A DNA stretch of 64,000 bases from the human T2T-CHM13v2.0 reference genome, Homo sapiens. How positions within the stretch are numbered: the first letter of the stretch is position 1; every line of letters begins with the position of its first letter. Both the position numbers and the translations under genes were made by a program. Of this stretch, positions 1-16,090 are shown in pieces. Where the stretch lies: NCBI RefSeq assembly GCF_009914755.1, contig NC_060947.1; one strand, written 5' to 3'. The notes below the pieces were generated by a model. That model did not search any database. It was not told the origin of the DNA and saw only the letters and a program-made list of their open reading frames with translations.

Positions 1-353
1 TTTGGCCGTTCCCCATCCAAATCTCATCTTTAACTGTAGCTCCTATAATCCCTATGTGTTGTGGGAGGGACCTGCTGGGAGGTAATTGAATCATTCAGGG
101 TGGGTTTTGCTGTGCTGTTCTCGTGATAGTGAGTAAGTCTCACGAGATCTGATGGTTTTATTAAGGAGAGTTGCCCTGCACACACTCTCCTGCCTGCGCC
201 ATTGAAGACATGCCTTTGTTGCTCCTTCGCCTTCCGCCATGATTGTGAGGCCTCCCCAGGCATGTGGAACGGTGAATCCATCAAACCTCGTTCGTTTATA
301 AATGACCCAGGCTTGGGTATGTCCTTTTAGCAGCATGAAAACGGACGAATACA
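1..353 (+). mobile_element. THE1-type ERVL-MaLR LTR (5' end cut by window edge)
   Basis: Matches THE1 LTR motifs: ccaaatctcatct..., gtctcacgagatctgatggtttta, gattgtgaggcctccccag. Ends ...ggacgaataca. Confidence 0.85.
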
Positions 354-678
354 GGGCTGCATCCCTCATAGATGGCTTACCACCATCCCCATGGTAATGA
401 GTACATTCTCACTGTAAGTTCACACAAGATCTGGTTGTTTTAAAAGAGTATGGCACTTCCTCTTGTCTCTCTCTTGCCCCCACTCTTGCCATGTGACATG
501 CTGGCTCGTCCTTGCCTTCTGCCATGATTGTAAGCTCCCTGAAACCCTCACCAGGAGCAGATGCTGGCACCATGCTTCTTGTAATGTCTGCAGAACTATG
601 AACCAATTAAACGTCTTTTCTTTATAGATTACCCAGCCTCAGGTATTTCCTTATAGCAACGCAAGAACGGCCTAACAC
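354..678 (+). mobile_element. MST-type MaLR LTR, 3' part (interrupted by the THE1 LTR)
   Basis: atccctcat...gagatctggttgtttt-like segment, ccctcaccaggagcagatgctggcaccatgcttc, and terminal gcaagaacggcctaacac. Confidence 0.8.
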
Positions 679-1042
679 GTCTGTGATTAAACCCTTTTCT
701 GTTTGATTTGACTATTAAAATACTACATTCTGTTGATGCTATGGAACTAGCTAAAAGACTGCTGAATCTGGAGTTTGGTAAAACTAAAAAATGACAGATT
801 TATTAATTAACTTCACTACTGTTTGAGGAGTTAACAATACCAATCATAAGAGAAAAAAATGGAGCAAGCTCATCCTCTCGTTGGGCTCCATTCAAGTGTC
901 AAGACAGGGAAGGATAAAATATTAAACCAAAATGAGAAGAAAAAAACAAAAAAATAGATTTCGTATGATTGGAGAAAACTTAATTACAGATACATATGGC
1001 CCTTTAAGAGAAGGCAACAGTTAAATCTTCTGTTTCATTTTG

Positions 1043-1197
1043 TTTCCTCTTTCTCCCAGAAAGGATGTTTGGGCCAGAAATATAATACTTTTATAATTTT
1101 AAAGCACTTTACAGCATGTTTTCACATAGATTATTGCATTTGATCTTCACACCTACTCTATGAAGTGAGATTTATCAGTGTTCCCATTTGATGTATG
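1043..1197 (-). repeat. Left arm of a 155-bp inverted repeat (MIR plus non-MIR flank); partner at 15422-15576
   Basis: Manual ungapped alignment of the reverse complement gives 137/155 identities. 41-bp perfect core: 1075-1115 vs 15504-15544. Confidence 0.9.
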
Positions 1198-1804
1198 GGG
1201 ACACTGAGTTCAGAGCAGCTACACAACTTACTGAAGCATGTAAACTGTGCTTGACACAGCACTCAATGCCAAGTTTTCTGATCTGAAGTCCTTCTTTCCG
1301 ACAAAACACTGCTTCTCCTTCCTGCTTTGAGCCAAAGAGAAACAACATAAAAAAGAGATGAGAAACAAAGAAAATCATATAAATTATAAGACAAATCACA
1401 TATAAGCTGAGTTCAGCTCACGTCCAAAAGCATTTGGCATTAAATTAGCATTCAAGCTAATTTCTAAAATATAAGTCTCCTATCAGAGTCTATGTATACA
1501 ATCATAATTTAAAAAAATAAGGCATTTGGGGGTTAAAAATCAAGTGGGAAAAATATTTCATTTCATCTTATAATACACCTTATACTTTAAACTCCATTTT
1601 CTGCTTCTACATTGTTTGGTATTTGATTTAATAAACTATTAGGCCTGTAGCAGATTCTCAGTAAGTGTGTCCACTGAGAATTTTTAGCATGAAAAGGCCC
1701 GCATATGAATTTTATCATTATATTTAAGCAAACATGGATCTATACTATCAAATTTTGCTGATTTGTTTTAAAATGGTGGAATAAAATGCTGGAATCTTGG
1801 CTCA

Positions 1805-2014
1805 GCTTTTACAGAGTGAACCAATATTCATCTTGCATATGTTGATTGATGTCTCATGTTTCCCTAGAATGTATAAAAACAAACTGTGCTCTGATCACCT
1901 TGGGCACAGGTCGCCAGGACCTCCTGAGGTTGTGTCACAGGCAAGCGTCCTCAACCTTGGCAAAATAAACGTTCTAAATTAACTGAGACCTGTCTCAGAT
2001 TTTCTGGTTTCACA
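1805..2014 (+). mobile_element. 5' LTR remnant (3' ~210 bp) of MER4A-type ERV1
   Basis: About 86% identical by manual count to the 3' part of the LTR at 14958-15420. Contains aataaa and ends ...ttcaca, followed by a PBS-like tttcggtaaccatggaggga. Confidence 0.85.
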
Positions 2015-3212
2015 TTTCGGTAACCATGGAGGGATTCTGAGTGGAGATGCCCCTGACCTTTGACCTATCAGTGCTGGGTACCGGCATGAGCTAACTTTAT
2101 GGCTCAAACCAATAGGACAATTTGCTGAGGTCTGAGAGCACCCCCTCCAGAGAATCCCTGATCTCCAAACATTTGGATGAGATATAAAGTTTATTTTGCT
2201 GTACAACTCCACTTTTTTTGGAGTTGTACTTGCTTCCAACAAGGAAGGCAAGACTTCCTGTTTCCATGTCGATGGAAGACAGGTAATTCCTTTATGGAGT
2301 TTGAGCTCACTTCCAACACGGAAGATGAGATTTTTTTTTTTTTTTCATGCTGCTGGGTTGGTAGAGAGCAGTCTACAGCCTGAGACCCATCCCTAGGTAA
2401 GTAACTGAATTGAGGTTTGTCTTGGCTAAAGTTAAGACTAACAACCAGCTGGTCTTAATTTCTCATTACCATCAGAGTGCTCAGTAATCATATAAGTTGT
2501 GCGATTGTTTGTTTTGCTTAACTGGTTTTTTTGTTGTTGTTTATTTCTGTTTCTGTCGTTGTTTTGGTCTTTTTCCCATTAGGTTTGACCGACTCTATTC
2601 GACGTGATCAAATCCGAAGGAAAGTTCCAAGTTATGGGGAACAAGGCCTTTAAAGGGGCTAAATTCACACACACACACACACAAAAGTGATGTGGCGGGG
2701 GGGAGAAAAACAACCAGCAAAAGGAAAAAAACATGGATTTTTTATTTGGACTACTTAAAGGGCTTTATTTACATAACAAGGCCACCGTTTTGCTAGCGAG
2801 GCCAAACTGAAAGAGCAATGGCTGTCACCCCATGCTGCAATTTGACAGCTAAGCTCCTTGCTTTTTTTTTTTTTTTTAACCACGACAGCCTGGATTTGGT
2901 TCATAAATCAAGGCCTTCCTGGTTTGATACTTGGTACTTCTGAAATGGCAGAAATTTCTCCTAGCTAAAATATGGCAATGAAATTTAAAAGGATTTTTTT
3001 TAAAGGAGATCAATGGTTAAAAGTCAGCTTAATTAAAAGGCTAACATCCAAGATGTGTGTGTGTATGTGTGCATGTCTGCATGTTTGCATTTAAAAGGCT
3101 TTCATGTTTTTCTTTGTTGTTTTTCTCTCCTAGGACCTTGTCTTTTTTTTTTTTTTTTTGAGCAAAAGTTTTTTTTCTTCTCAGTTGACTGAATTCTCTT
3201 TTCGCCTGATTT

Positions 3213-3214
<2 letters not shown>

Positions 3215-3251
<37 letters not shown>

Positions 3252-3538
3252 TTTTTGAGACAGAGTCTCGCTCTGTCACCCAGGCTGGAGTGCACTGGCG
3301 TGATCTCGGCTCACTGAAAGCTCCGCCTCCCGGGTTCACGCCATTCTCCTGCCTCAGCTTCCTGAGTAGCTGGGACTACAGGCGCCCGCCACCACGCCTG
3401 GCTAATTTTTTGTATTTTTTAGTAGAGCCGGGGTTTCACCGTGTTAGCCAGGATGGTCTCGATCTCCTGACCTCGTGATCCGCCCACCTCGGCCTCCCAA
3501 AGTGCTGGGATTACAGGTGTGAGCCACGGTGTCCGGCC
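3215..3538 (-). mobile_element. AluY-like SINE with (TTTA)n tail
   Basis: Diagnostic aagctccgcctcccgggttcacgccattc and caccgtgttagccaggatgg. TSD tgattttt at 3207-3214 and 3539-3546. Confidence 0.9.
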
Positions 3539-4380
3539 TGATTTTTTAATTAAAATAGTTATTGCAACAGAAGCTACTGTTTGTAAGGAAGAGTGTAGTT
3601 TGGAAACTTAAAAATATCTGTTTAAAAAAATTTTGAAGTGCACTGTAAAAGCATCACATGGTCTAGTCTTATAATTCTCTCTTTTTGGAGACCCAGGATT
3701 CAGTGTGAGCTCTGCCCAGAGCTTAGAGATGCAGTTAAAAAAAAAAAAAAAAAAAATAGGTAGTCCCTATCTAAATAAAATTGGTCTCCTTATACAATCC
3801 TATAATAAATTTCTGTAATTTTATGCTTGATTTGGCATCCATCTTTAATCTCCCTCTAGCATCACCAAACTTTTTCTCTCTGTACCCTGAGATGTAAATT
3901 TTGCTATCTGATTTTTCATCTAAGAGTTATTTCTTTTAATATGCAAATTTAAGGCTATTTAGCTGACAACTGCCTTGGGTAAGATAGGGAAAAAAAAGGA
4001 AAAAAAGGAGGCCTTTATGAATCTATAAGATGTACTTCTATCGGCATGCCTAACACGTCTATGTATTTATGTGTTGTGTACACAGTGTTTCACTACTAAA
4101 AATATATAAGAGCTCTAATTAATTGGCTTTAAAAAAATAAAAGTGCTTAAGCCAGATACTAAAAAAAAGACTAGTCAAATGCTTTTCAAGTTCACGTGAC
4201 TTAAGTAAACTCTTTAATAAATAAGCTGGCTTTTAAAATATTTAGTAAAATAACATTAGAAATGTCTTAAGAATTTGCCAACAGACATTTTTGTTTGCAT
4301 TTATTAATCAAGCAATTTCATACTTATCCCTGACAAGTACTACAAGGTGTCAAAATTTGGCATGGGGGGTTACAAAACTA

Positions 4381-4653
<273 letters not shown>

Positions 4654-6069
4654 CTATGAACCCAGCCCAAAACAGAATGATCTTTGCTTGTGTAATCTTT
4701 AATAAGCAAGACATTGATATTGGTTTAATAAAAATAGCTACATCTTAAATTTAGTAAGATTACCATAACTTTAATCTTGTGGCTTTAGGTGGTCTAGTCC
4801 ACAGGCAGTAAGGCTTGTTATTGCCTTTGTTTCAAAGCTAAACTATAAACGAAGTTCCTCCCAAAGTTAGTTCAGCCTATGCCCAGGAATGAACAAGGAC
4901 ATCTGGGAGGTTAAAAGCAAGATGGAGTCAGTCACATCAAATCTTTTTCACTGTCTCAGTTATAATTTTGCAATGGCAGTTTCATAATGTTAAATCATGA
5001 CTATTGCAGTTTTCGTAAATAATCTAGGTAAACAATTAAAATAAAATAATTCGGTAAATGTAATGTGATAAATACTTGTGGACTACCTTGTCATAATTTA
5101 GAATATAAAGTTATATTAAATTAGATAATACATATTTCATTATTTGGGTATTTTCAAATAAAAATATATTGTAGAAAAACATTCTTTCTTAAAAAAGTGT
5201 CCTTTTTAAAAGGGTGAAAAATTTTTGTCTAATTCAAAGGTTATTTAAACGTTATGTATAAAACAAGGTAAAAGGAACCAGGAAATAAGAGAAATGTAAA
5301 GAAAGTTACAGAAATAAAGAGGTTTTTTTGGTAAGAAAGCTTAAAGGGAAATAATTTTATATGAGAAAGAATCTTATATGGTAAATTTAGACCTAGAATA
5401 AAATGACTGGTTGTTTAAGAAAGAGGGACATTCAGGAAAAACCAGAAAGTTCAAGCATGTCATGAATGGTCTAAGTCAGTCACAATAAATGGATTGATAT
5501 ATTTTTAAAAACTTATATAGTTAAGTTGACTATAATTAAAGAGAAATGATAATGGTCTTTCTAGAGATTGTGTTTGATGTTTAAAAACACTTATACACTA
5601 AATAATTGGTTAGAACAATGAAATTTTCTTAAGGGATTGATTGACTCTTAATATATTATAAAAGATTTTAATTTTTTTTAACCCAAAGTTCAACTTTTAT
5701 TGCATCTCTACGTTTTTGGTTTTCTCTCCCCTTTTAAAGGGCACAAAATAGTAATGCTCTCCTTAAACTTATCTTCAGCTTATATAAGTTTTTTTTCCTG
5801 GAGTTCTGTTGCAGTGGCCCAATGCTAGCAATGTTTTCTTAAAGGTCTAAAGGAAATGTTTTCTTCCAACATAATATTCTGTGCAGTGCAGCAGGTCTTT
5901 TCTCTTGCCTTTTGGTAACTGGCCTAACAGATTTTACATTTTATCAAAACAATTCATATATCATTATTATTAAGTTTTTGTTTGCTTAGAAATAACTGAT
6001 ATTAAAAAATTTAACTAAGGTTATTACATCCATGTATCTTTCTGTATGTGCTTTTAAAGTCCTTGTGAC

Positions 6070-6974
6070 GAGGGAGGAGCCAAGATGGCCGAATAGGAAC
6101 AGCTCCGGTCTACAGCTCCCAGCGTGAGCGACGCAGAAGACGGGTGATTTCTGCATTTCCATCTGAGGTACCGGGTTCATCTCACTAGGGAGAGCCAGAC
6201 AGTGGGCACAGGCCAGTGTGTGCGCGCACCGTGCGCGAGCCGAAGCAGGGCGAGGCATTGCCTCACCTGGGAAGCGCAAGGGTCAGGGAGTTCCCTTTCC
6301 GAGTCAAAGAAAGGGGTGACAGACGCACCTGGAAAATCGGGTCACTCCCACCCGAATATTGCGCTTTTCAGACCGGCTTAAAAAACGGCGCACCAGGAGA
6401 CTATATCCCACACCTGGCTCAGAGGGTCCTACGCCCACGGAATCTCGCTGATTGCTGGCACAGCAGTCTGAGATCAAACTGCAAGGCGGCAACGAGGCTG
6501 GGGGAGGGGCGCCCGCCATTGCCCAGGCTTGCTTAGGTAAACAAAGCAGCCGGGAAGCTCGAACTGGGTGGAGCCCACCACAGCTCAAGGAGGCCTGCCT
6601 GCCTCTGTAGGCTCCACCTCTGGGGGCAGGGCACAGACAAACAAAAAGACAGCAGTAACCTCTGCAGACTTAAGTGTCCCTGTCTGACAGCTTTGAAGAG
6701 AGCAGTGGTTCTCCCAGCACGCAGCTGGAGATCTGAGAACGGGCAGACTGCCTCCTCAATTGGGTCCTTGACCCCTGACCCCCGAGCAGCCTAACTGGGA
6801 GACACCCCCCAGCAGGGGCACACTGACACCTCACACGGCAGGGTATTCCAACAGACCTGCAGCTGAGGGTCCTGTCTGTTAGAAGGAAAACTAACAAACA
6901 GAAAGGACATCCACACCGAAAACCCACCTGTACATCACCATCATCAAAGACCAAAAGTAGATAAAACCACAAAG
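6070..6974 (+). promoter_or_regulatory. L1 5'UTR internal sense promoter and antisense promoter; YY1 site caagatggcc at 6081-6090
   Basis: CpG-rich L1HS-type 5'UTR with an intact YY1 motif. Promoter function is established knowledge for this family, not shown for this copy. Confidence 0.85.
6304..6519 (-). CDS. ORF0: L1 antisense ORF0 (71 aa)
   Basis: MAGAPPPASLPPCSLISDCCASNQRDSVGVGPSEPG...HPFL lies within track ORF 6304..6588; ATG at 6519-6517. Confidence 0.85.
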   Translation of the reverse strand: MAGAPPPASLPPCSLISDCCASNQRDSVGVGPSEPGVGYSLLVRRFLSRSEKRNIRVGVTRFSRCVCHPFL

Positions 6975-7991
6975 ATGGGGAAAAAACAGAACAGAAAAAC
7001 TGGAAACTCTAAAACGCAGAGCGCCTCTCCTCCTCCAAAGGAACGCAGTTCCTCACCAGCAACGGAACAAAGCTGGATGGAGAATGATTTTGACGAGCTG
7101 AGAGAAGAAGGCTTCAGACGATCAAATTACTCTGAGCTACGGGAGGACATTCAAACCAAAGGCAAAGAAGTTGAAAACTTTGAAAAAAATTTAGAAGAAT
7201 GTATAACTAGAATAACCAATACAGAGAAGTGCTTAAAGGAGCTGATGGAGCTGAAAACCAAGGCTCGAGAACTACGTGAAGAATGCAGAAGCCTCAGGAG
7301 CCGATGGGATCAACTGGAAGAAAGGGTATCAGCAATGGAAGATGAAATGAATGAAATGAAGCGAGAAGGGAAGTTTAGAGAAAAAAGAATAAAAAGAAAT
7401 GAGCAAAGCCTCCAAGAAATATGGGACTATGTGAAAAGACCAAATCTACGTCTGACTGGTGTACCTGAAAGTGATGTGGAGAATGGAACCACGTTGGAAA
7501 ACACTCTGCAGGATATTATCCAGGAGAACTTCCCCAATCTAGCAAGGCAGGCCAACGTTCAGATTCAGGAAATACAGAGAACGCCACAAAGATACTCCTT
7601 GAGAAGAGCAACTCCAAGACACATAATTGTCAGATTCACCAAAGTTGAAATGAAGGAAAAAATGTTAAGGGCAGCCAGAGACAAAGGTCGGGTTACCCTC
7701 AAAGGAAAGCCCATCAGACTAACAGCGGATCTCTCGGCAGAAACCCTACAAGCCAGAAGAGAGTGGGGGCCAATATTCAACATTCTTAAAGAAAAGAATT
7801 TTCAACCCAGAATTTCATATCCAGCCAAACTAAGCTTCATAAGTGAAGGAGAAATAAAATACTTTATAGACAAGCAAATGCTGAGAGATTTTGTCAACAC
7901 CAGGCCTGCCCTAAAAGAGCTCCTGAAGGAAGCGCTAAACATGGAAAGGAACAACCGGTACCAGCCGCTGCAAAATCATGCCAAAATGTAA
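6975..7991 (+). CDS. ORF1: L1 ORF1p, RNA-binding nucleic-acid chaperone (338 aa)
   Basis: MGKKQNRKTGNSKTQSASPPPK...NHAKM. Coiled coil, RRM and CTD; RR261-262 and YPAKLS intact. Confidence 0.98.
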   Translation: MGKKQNRKTGNSKTQSASPPPKERSSSPATEQSWMENDFDELREEGFRRSNYSELREDIQTKGKEVENFEKNLEECITRITNTEKCLKELMELKTKARELREECRSLRSRWDQLEERVSAMEDEMNEMKREGKFREKRIKRNEQSLQEIWDYVKRPNLRLTGVPESDVENGTTLENTLQDIIQENFPNLARQANVQIQEIQRTPQRYSLRRATPRHIIVRFTKVEMKEKMLRAARDKGRVTLKGKPIRLTADLSAETLQARREWGPIFNILKEKNFQPRISYPAKLSFISEGEIKYFIDKQMLRDFVNTRPALKELLKEALNMERNNRYQPLQNHAKM

Positions 7992-8027
7992 AGACCATTG
8001 AGACTAGGAAGAAACTGCATCAACTAA

Positions 8028-11882
<3,855 letters not shown>

Positions 11883-14369
11883 ACAATGAGATCACAAGGA
11901 CACAGGAAGGGGAATATCACACTCTGGGGACGGTGGTGGGGTCGGGGGAGGGGGGAGGGATAGCAGTGGGAGATATACCTAATGATAGATGACACGTTGG
12001 TGGGTGCAGCGCACCAGCATGGCACATGTATACATATGTAACTAACCTGCACAATGTGCACATGTACCCTAAAACTTAAAGTATAATAAAAAAAAAAAAA
12101 AATTAAAAAAAAAAAATAAAAAAAAAAAAAATAAAGTCCTTGTGACATTGAGTTACAGGGCTTTCATTCCTGAGTTCTAAAAAAGGACATCAAGTCCTGC
12201 CAAATCTTAAACACTGACAGCAATTAAAGCTGCATCTTCAGGCCCCATAAAAGATACCAGTCAGAATAAACTACATTCCTAAGACACAGGGCCAGAAATT
12301 AAAGCTACTCAACTCCTCAAGGCCCAAGAACTATCGCAGAAGAGGTAGGTGCATGAGATTGTGAGGGCCAGTTTTTTAAAGATAAAATAGGTTCGGTTTC
12401 TCTATAAGTTAATCGTGAATGTCAAAGGCACACTGATGTAAGACCAGCATATAAGCCCCTGTGTCAGATTAACAAGATTTTTCTTGAAGCATTAACTGAC
12501 TGCTTAATAAAGGCTATAAAGTTTATAAAATCCTTATGGAAGTTATATCTTATGGTCAAGATTAAAATTTTATAGGTTGTTTATAAAATTTTCAAAAACA
12601 AATTTAAATGGTTTCATGCTGTTTTTATTAGGGCTTATTGTTTGGAAAATTAAATCTCTTCTCTCAAAAAATGAAGGTTTTCACCTTTTCTGAAATCCTT
12701 GAGTTATCACTTTGGTTAAATGAATGACTTATTTTACAATGAATGACCTGTGATCCTATTTTGTGATATCAAGTGTTTTAAACCTTTGATATTTGACAAA
12801 CTTTCCAAAAATCAAATTATGAATTATGTCTTTTTCTGACCTAATTAATCCTTTAAGATGTTAGGTTCCCAAAAGTCTAAAAATGCAATAATTTGGCTTA
12901 TTTGGTATAAAAATTATACAGGAAGCATTGTCAAATGTGAAATGGTGTTTGTTTTTCTTTAGGCTGTATTTGTATAAATAAGTTATTGGTATGTGTTCCA
13001 AAATCATGGGAAACTCCTATAATTCTGATATGACTTAATGTACATTATCAGTAATAATTATAATTATTATGTTAAATTATTGTGTGCCACAAAGGTAACA
13101 AATTTCCTTGTCAATTGTGTCATCTTTAACTATGGCTATCCTAAAACCTTTTGTCATCCACAGACAATTGTTGTCTTGTTTTGGTCTTCCTTAGAAGGTG
13201 GTTTTATAATCAGGTATAGAACTCTAACAGGTGTTCTTAAATACAGGTTTCTGATCACTTTGGAGATTGTAACATTAGAATAGAGGAAAAAGCTTTCAGG
13301 ACTCTCATGGAGAGCTGAAATGTTCATGAATATCAAGCAGAACAGGAAGTAACTGCGTAAACCAAACTGATAGAAGACTAAAGTAATCTTTTTTAACTTT
13401 TTGCTTAAAACGTTGCTGATCCTTTGTTTTGTTTTTCAGAGTCAAGAAAACTTTTCTTTTAACCTATTTATAACTTTAGCAATTGAGTAAAATACACTCC
13501 TATGAACAAAATTTGGAGCATATTTGTTTCTCTCTACCTGATTTCTCCAGAATTTGGAAACTATTATTTGTGGGTATTCTTAACTTACAACAATACAGTT
13601 ATTTGCATAAGTGCAATAAGAATTTCATTTGTAACAGAACACAGTTGGAGAAACTGGTTATTTTGCCAAGACTTTAATAAATCAAACTTGACTTATGCAG
13701 CCAATAAAAGCCCTGTGGTTAAAACTGGCCTCATCCTTTGTTTACACAGTCCCTGTACAGGGTTCCTGACCTGTGGTAAGTAAAGAATGTCACTTTCTAA
13801 CAGGCCCAGGAGCCCCAAGTTTATGTTGGAACCTCAAGAGCAGAGGATCACTCAACTCGTAGGTATTTGATGGCACAAACTTATGGCTGGGCTCGACTTT
13901 AAAAAAGTCTTATCTGAGATTCCTCCTATGAAACACAATTCCATTGAAGCCAATTGAAAAGCCTATGTAAAAAAATAGTTATTCTTGCTGCACTTTATAC
14001 AAATTATTAGGCCAAGTATAATAAAGCAAACCAGTCCAGCCGTGATTTGTCTTTGGTAAAAATGGAAAACGGGAGAGAAAAATTGTATTTCAAAACTATA
14101 GCACACCTGTTGTTAGATTTTAGTCTTGCCTAATGTTTTTCAATTTTTATTATTGTCTACAGTTTGGGCTGAATTCTAATTTTTCCTAGCTATAAGTCTT
14201 AAAAATAATATTTTCCTTTTTTTCTTATTTATTTTCCTTTTTCCCATTTTTTCCTAATGTGAAATCACTGAAAAATAAGCTGTACTTGTGTAAAGCCCTG
14301 CGAACTGAAGCTAGACAACCTAAACTTCAGAAGCAGATAACAGCAACCTATTTACAAACATAAGCCACT

Positions 14370-14658
14370 GTCTTTCTTTTCTTTTTTTTTTGAGAGGGAA
14401 TCTCACTCTGTTGCCCAGGCTGGAGTGCAGTGGCGCGATCTTGGCTCACTGCAACCTCCGACTTCCGGTTCCAAGCGATTCTCCTGCCTCAGCCTCTCTA
14501 CAGGTGCATGCCACCACGCCCAGCTAATTTTTGTATTTTCAGTAGAGCCAAGGTTTTACCATATTGTCCAGGCTGGTCTCGATCTCCTGACCTTGTGATC
14601 CACCCGCCTCAGCCTCCCAAAGTGCTGGGATTACAGGCGTGAGCCACGGGGTCTGGCC
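14370..14658 (-). mobile_element. AluS-family SINE with small internal deletion
   Basis: Reverse Alu sequence. TSD ataagccact at 14360-14369 and 14659-14668. Confidence 0.9.
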
Positions 14659-14957
14659 ATAAGCCACTTTCATACCTGCTAACTGATGTATGGACTCCAG
14701 AGTAATGTGGCCTATACCAATTTTCCAGGATTGTTCTTTTGTTTGTTGTTGTTTTTCTCCCTTCCTCCCCCTACTTTCTCTTCATAGGACATGAGACTTT
14801 ACAACCTGCTAAAAATGAGCTTTCCTAATAACTTGGGACCTGCCAATCTAGGAATAAACCATCCCAATCATGAAAGATCAAACGAAACCTGATACCAGAG
14901 ACTCATTTTCTTCTAAAATGCTTCTCAAAAAAGTTTTTGAAAAGAGAAGGGAGTAAA

Positions 14958-15420
14958 TGTGAAAGGAGAAGAAGTCATGGAGCCCCCAAATCACTAAGCT
15001 AAAGGGAAAAGTCAAGCTGGGAACTGCATAGGGCCCACCTGCCTCCCATTCTATTCAAAGCCACCCCTCTGCTCACTGAGATAAATGCACATCCAATTGC
15101 CTCCTTTGGAGAGGTTAATCAGAAACTCAGATGAATGCAACCATTTGTCTCTCATCTACCTATGACCTGGAAGACCCCTCCCTGCTTTGCTTCGAGTTTT
15201 CTTGCCTTTACAGACTGAACCAATATTCATCTCGTATATGTTGACTAATGTCTCATGTCTCCCTAGAATGCATAAAACCAAACTGTGCCCTGACCACCTT
15301 GGACACATGTTGTCAGGACACATAACCTCCTGAAGTTGTGTCAAGGGCACACATCTTAAACCTTGGCAAAATAAACTTTCTAAATTAACTGAGCCCTGTT
15401 TCAGATTTTCAGTGTTCACA
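14958..15420 (+). mobile_element. Complete 3' LTR, MER4A-type (463 bp)
   Basis: TG...CA termini (tgtgaaagg...gttcaca), aaatcactaagctaaagggaaaagtcaagctgggaactgc motif, and aataaa. Confidence 0.9.
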
Positions 15421-15421
15421 T

Positions 15422-15576
15422 CATCCATCAAATGGGGACATTAATAAATTCCACTTCATGGAGTAGTTGTAAAGATTAAATGCAGTAATCTATGTGAAAA
15501 TACGCTGTAAAGTGCTTTAAAATTATAAAAGTATTATATTTCTGCCCCAAAAATTATTTCCGGGAGAAAGAGGAAA
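15422..15576 (+). repeat. Right arm of the 155-bp inverted repeat, abutting the 3' LTR
   Basis: Reverse complement of 1043-1197 at 88% identity with no gaps. Confidence 0.9.
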
Positions 15577-15659
15577 TAAACAAAACAAAACTTAGGCAAA
15601 AATTTCCATAGTTTAGAATTCTATAACACCATGACCAAATGGCCGTGCAAATAACTAGG

Positions 15660-16090
15660 GTGTGTTAGACAACTCTTGCAGTAGTAATACTGGGAAAAAA
15701 TCCTCAATTTCAATAGCTTACAATAACAAACTTTATTTTTCTTGCCCACGGGTTTGTGGGTAGACTGCATTTCAGCTCATCTTGACTGGGTTTCGCTGTG
15801 ACAGGTTGGGCTCCAGGCTTCACGTTCATACGTGTAATGCATAACTTCAACATTCTGAGATCAGAAGCTACTTGAGCAACGTTCTTCTCATAGTGGATGG
15901 TAGAATTGCAAGGAATGAAGCCAAACCATCTGAGCACATTTAAACCTGCTGCTCAACCGTAACTAATATTCCATTGTCCAAAGCAAGACGCATGGCCAAA
16001 CCTTGTATCAATGGAGCAGGGAAATAAACCCTATCTCCTCTAGTGGGACAAAGCACACAGTAAGTGCATAGATGTATAATTCTATTGCAA
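15660..16090. mobile_element. Old MLT1-like MaLR LTR (diverged)
   Basis: attccattgtccaaagcaag..catggccaaacc and tttattttcttgcccac-type motifs. Boundaries approximate. Confidence 0.5.

Noticed and set aside
3158-3478. Alu-derived ORFs (also 4378-4644, 14430-14642, 32208-32635, 33193-33464, 58108-58552, 61496-61802)
   Set aside because: Typical Alu translations ([18 protein letters not shown]); not genes.
5986-6972. Other ORFs overlapping the L1 5'UTR
   Set aside because: Incidental frames of the GC-rich UTR with non-ATG or unsupported starts; only ORF0 is an established product.
12133-12300. Possible 3' transduction after the young L1
   Set aside because: The TSD follows the poly(A) tail immediately and ERV internal sequence resumes.
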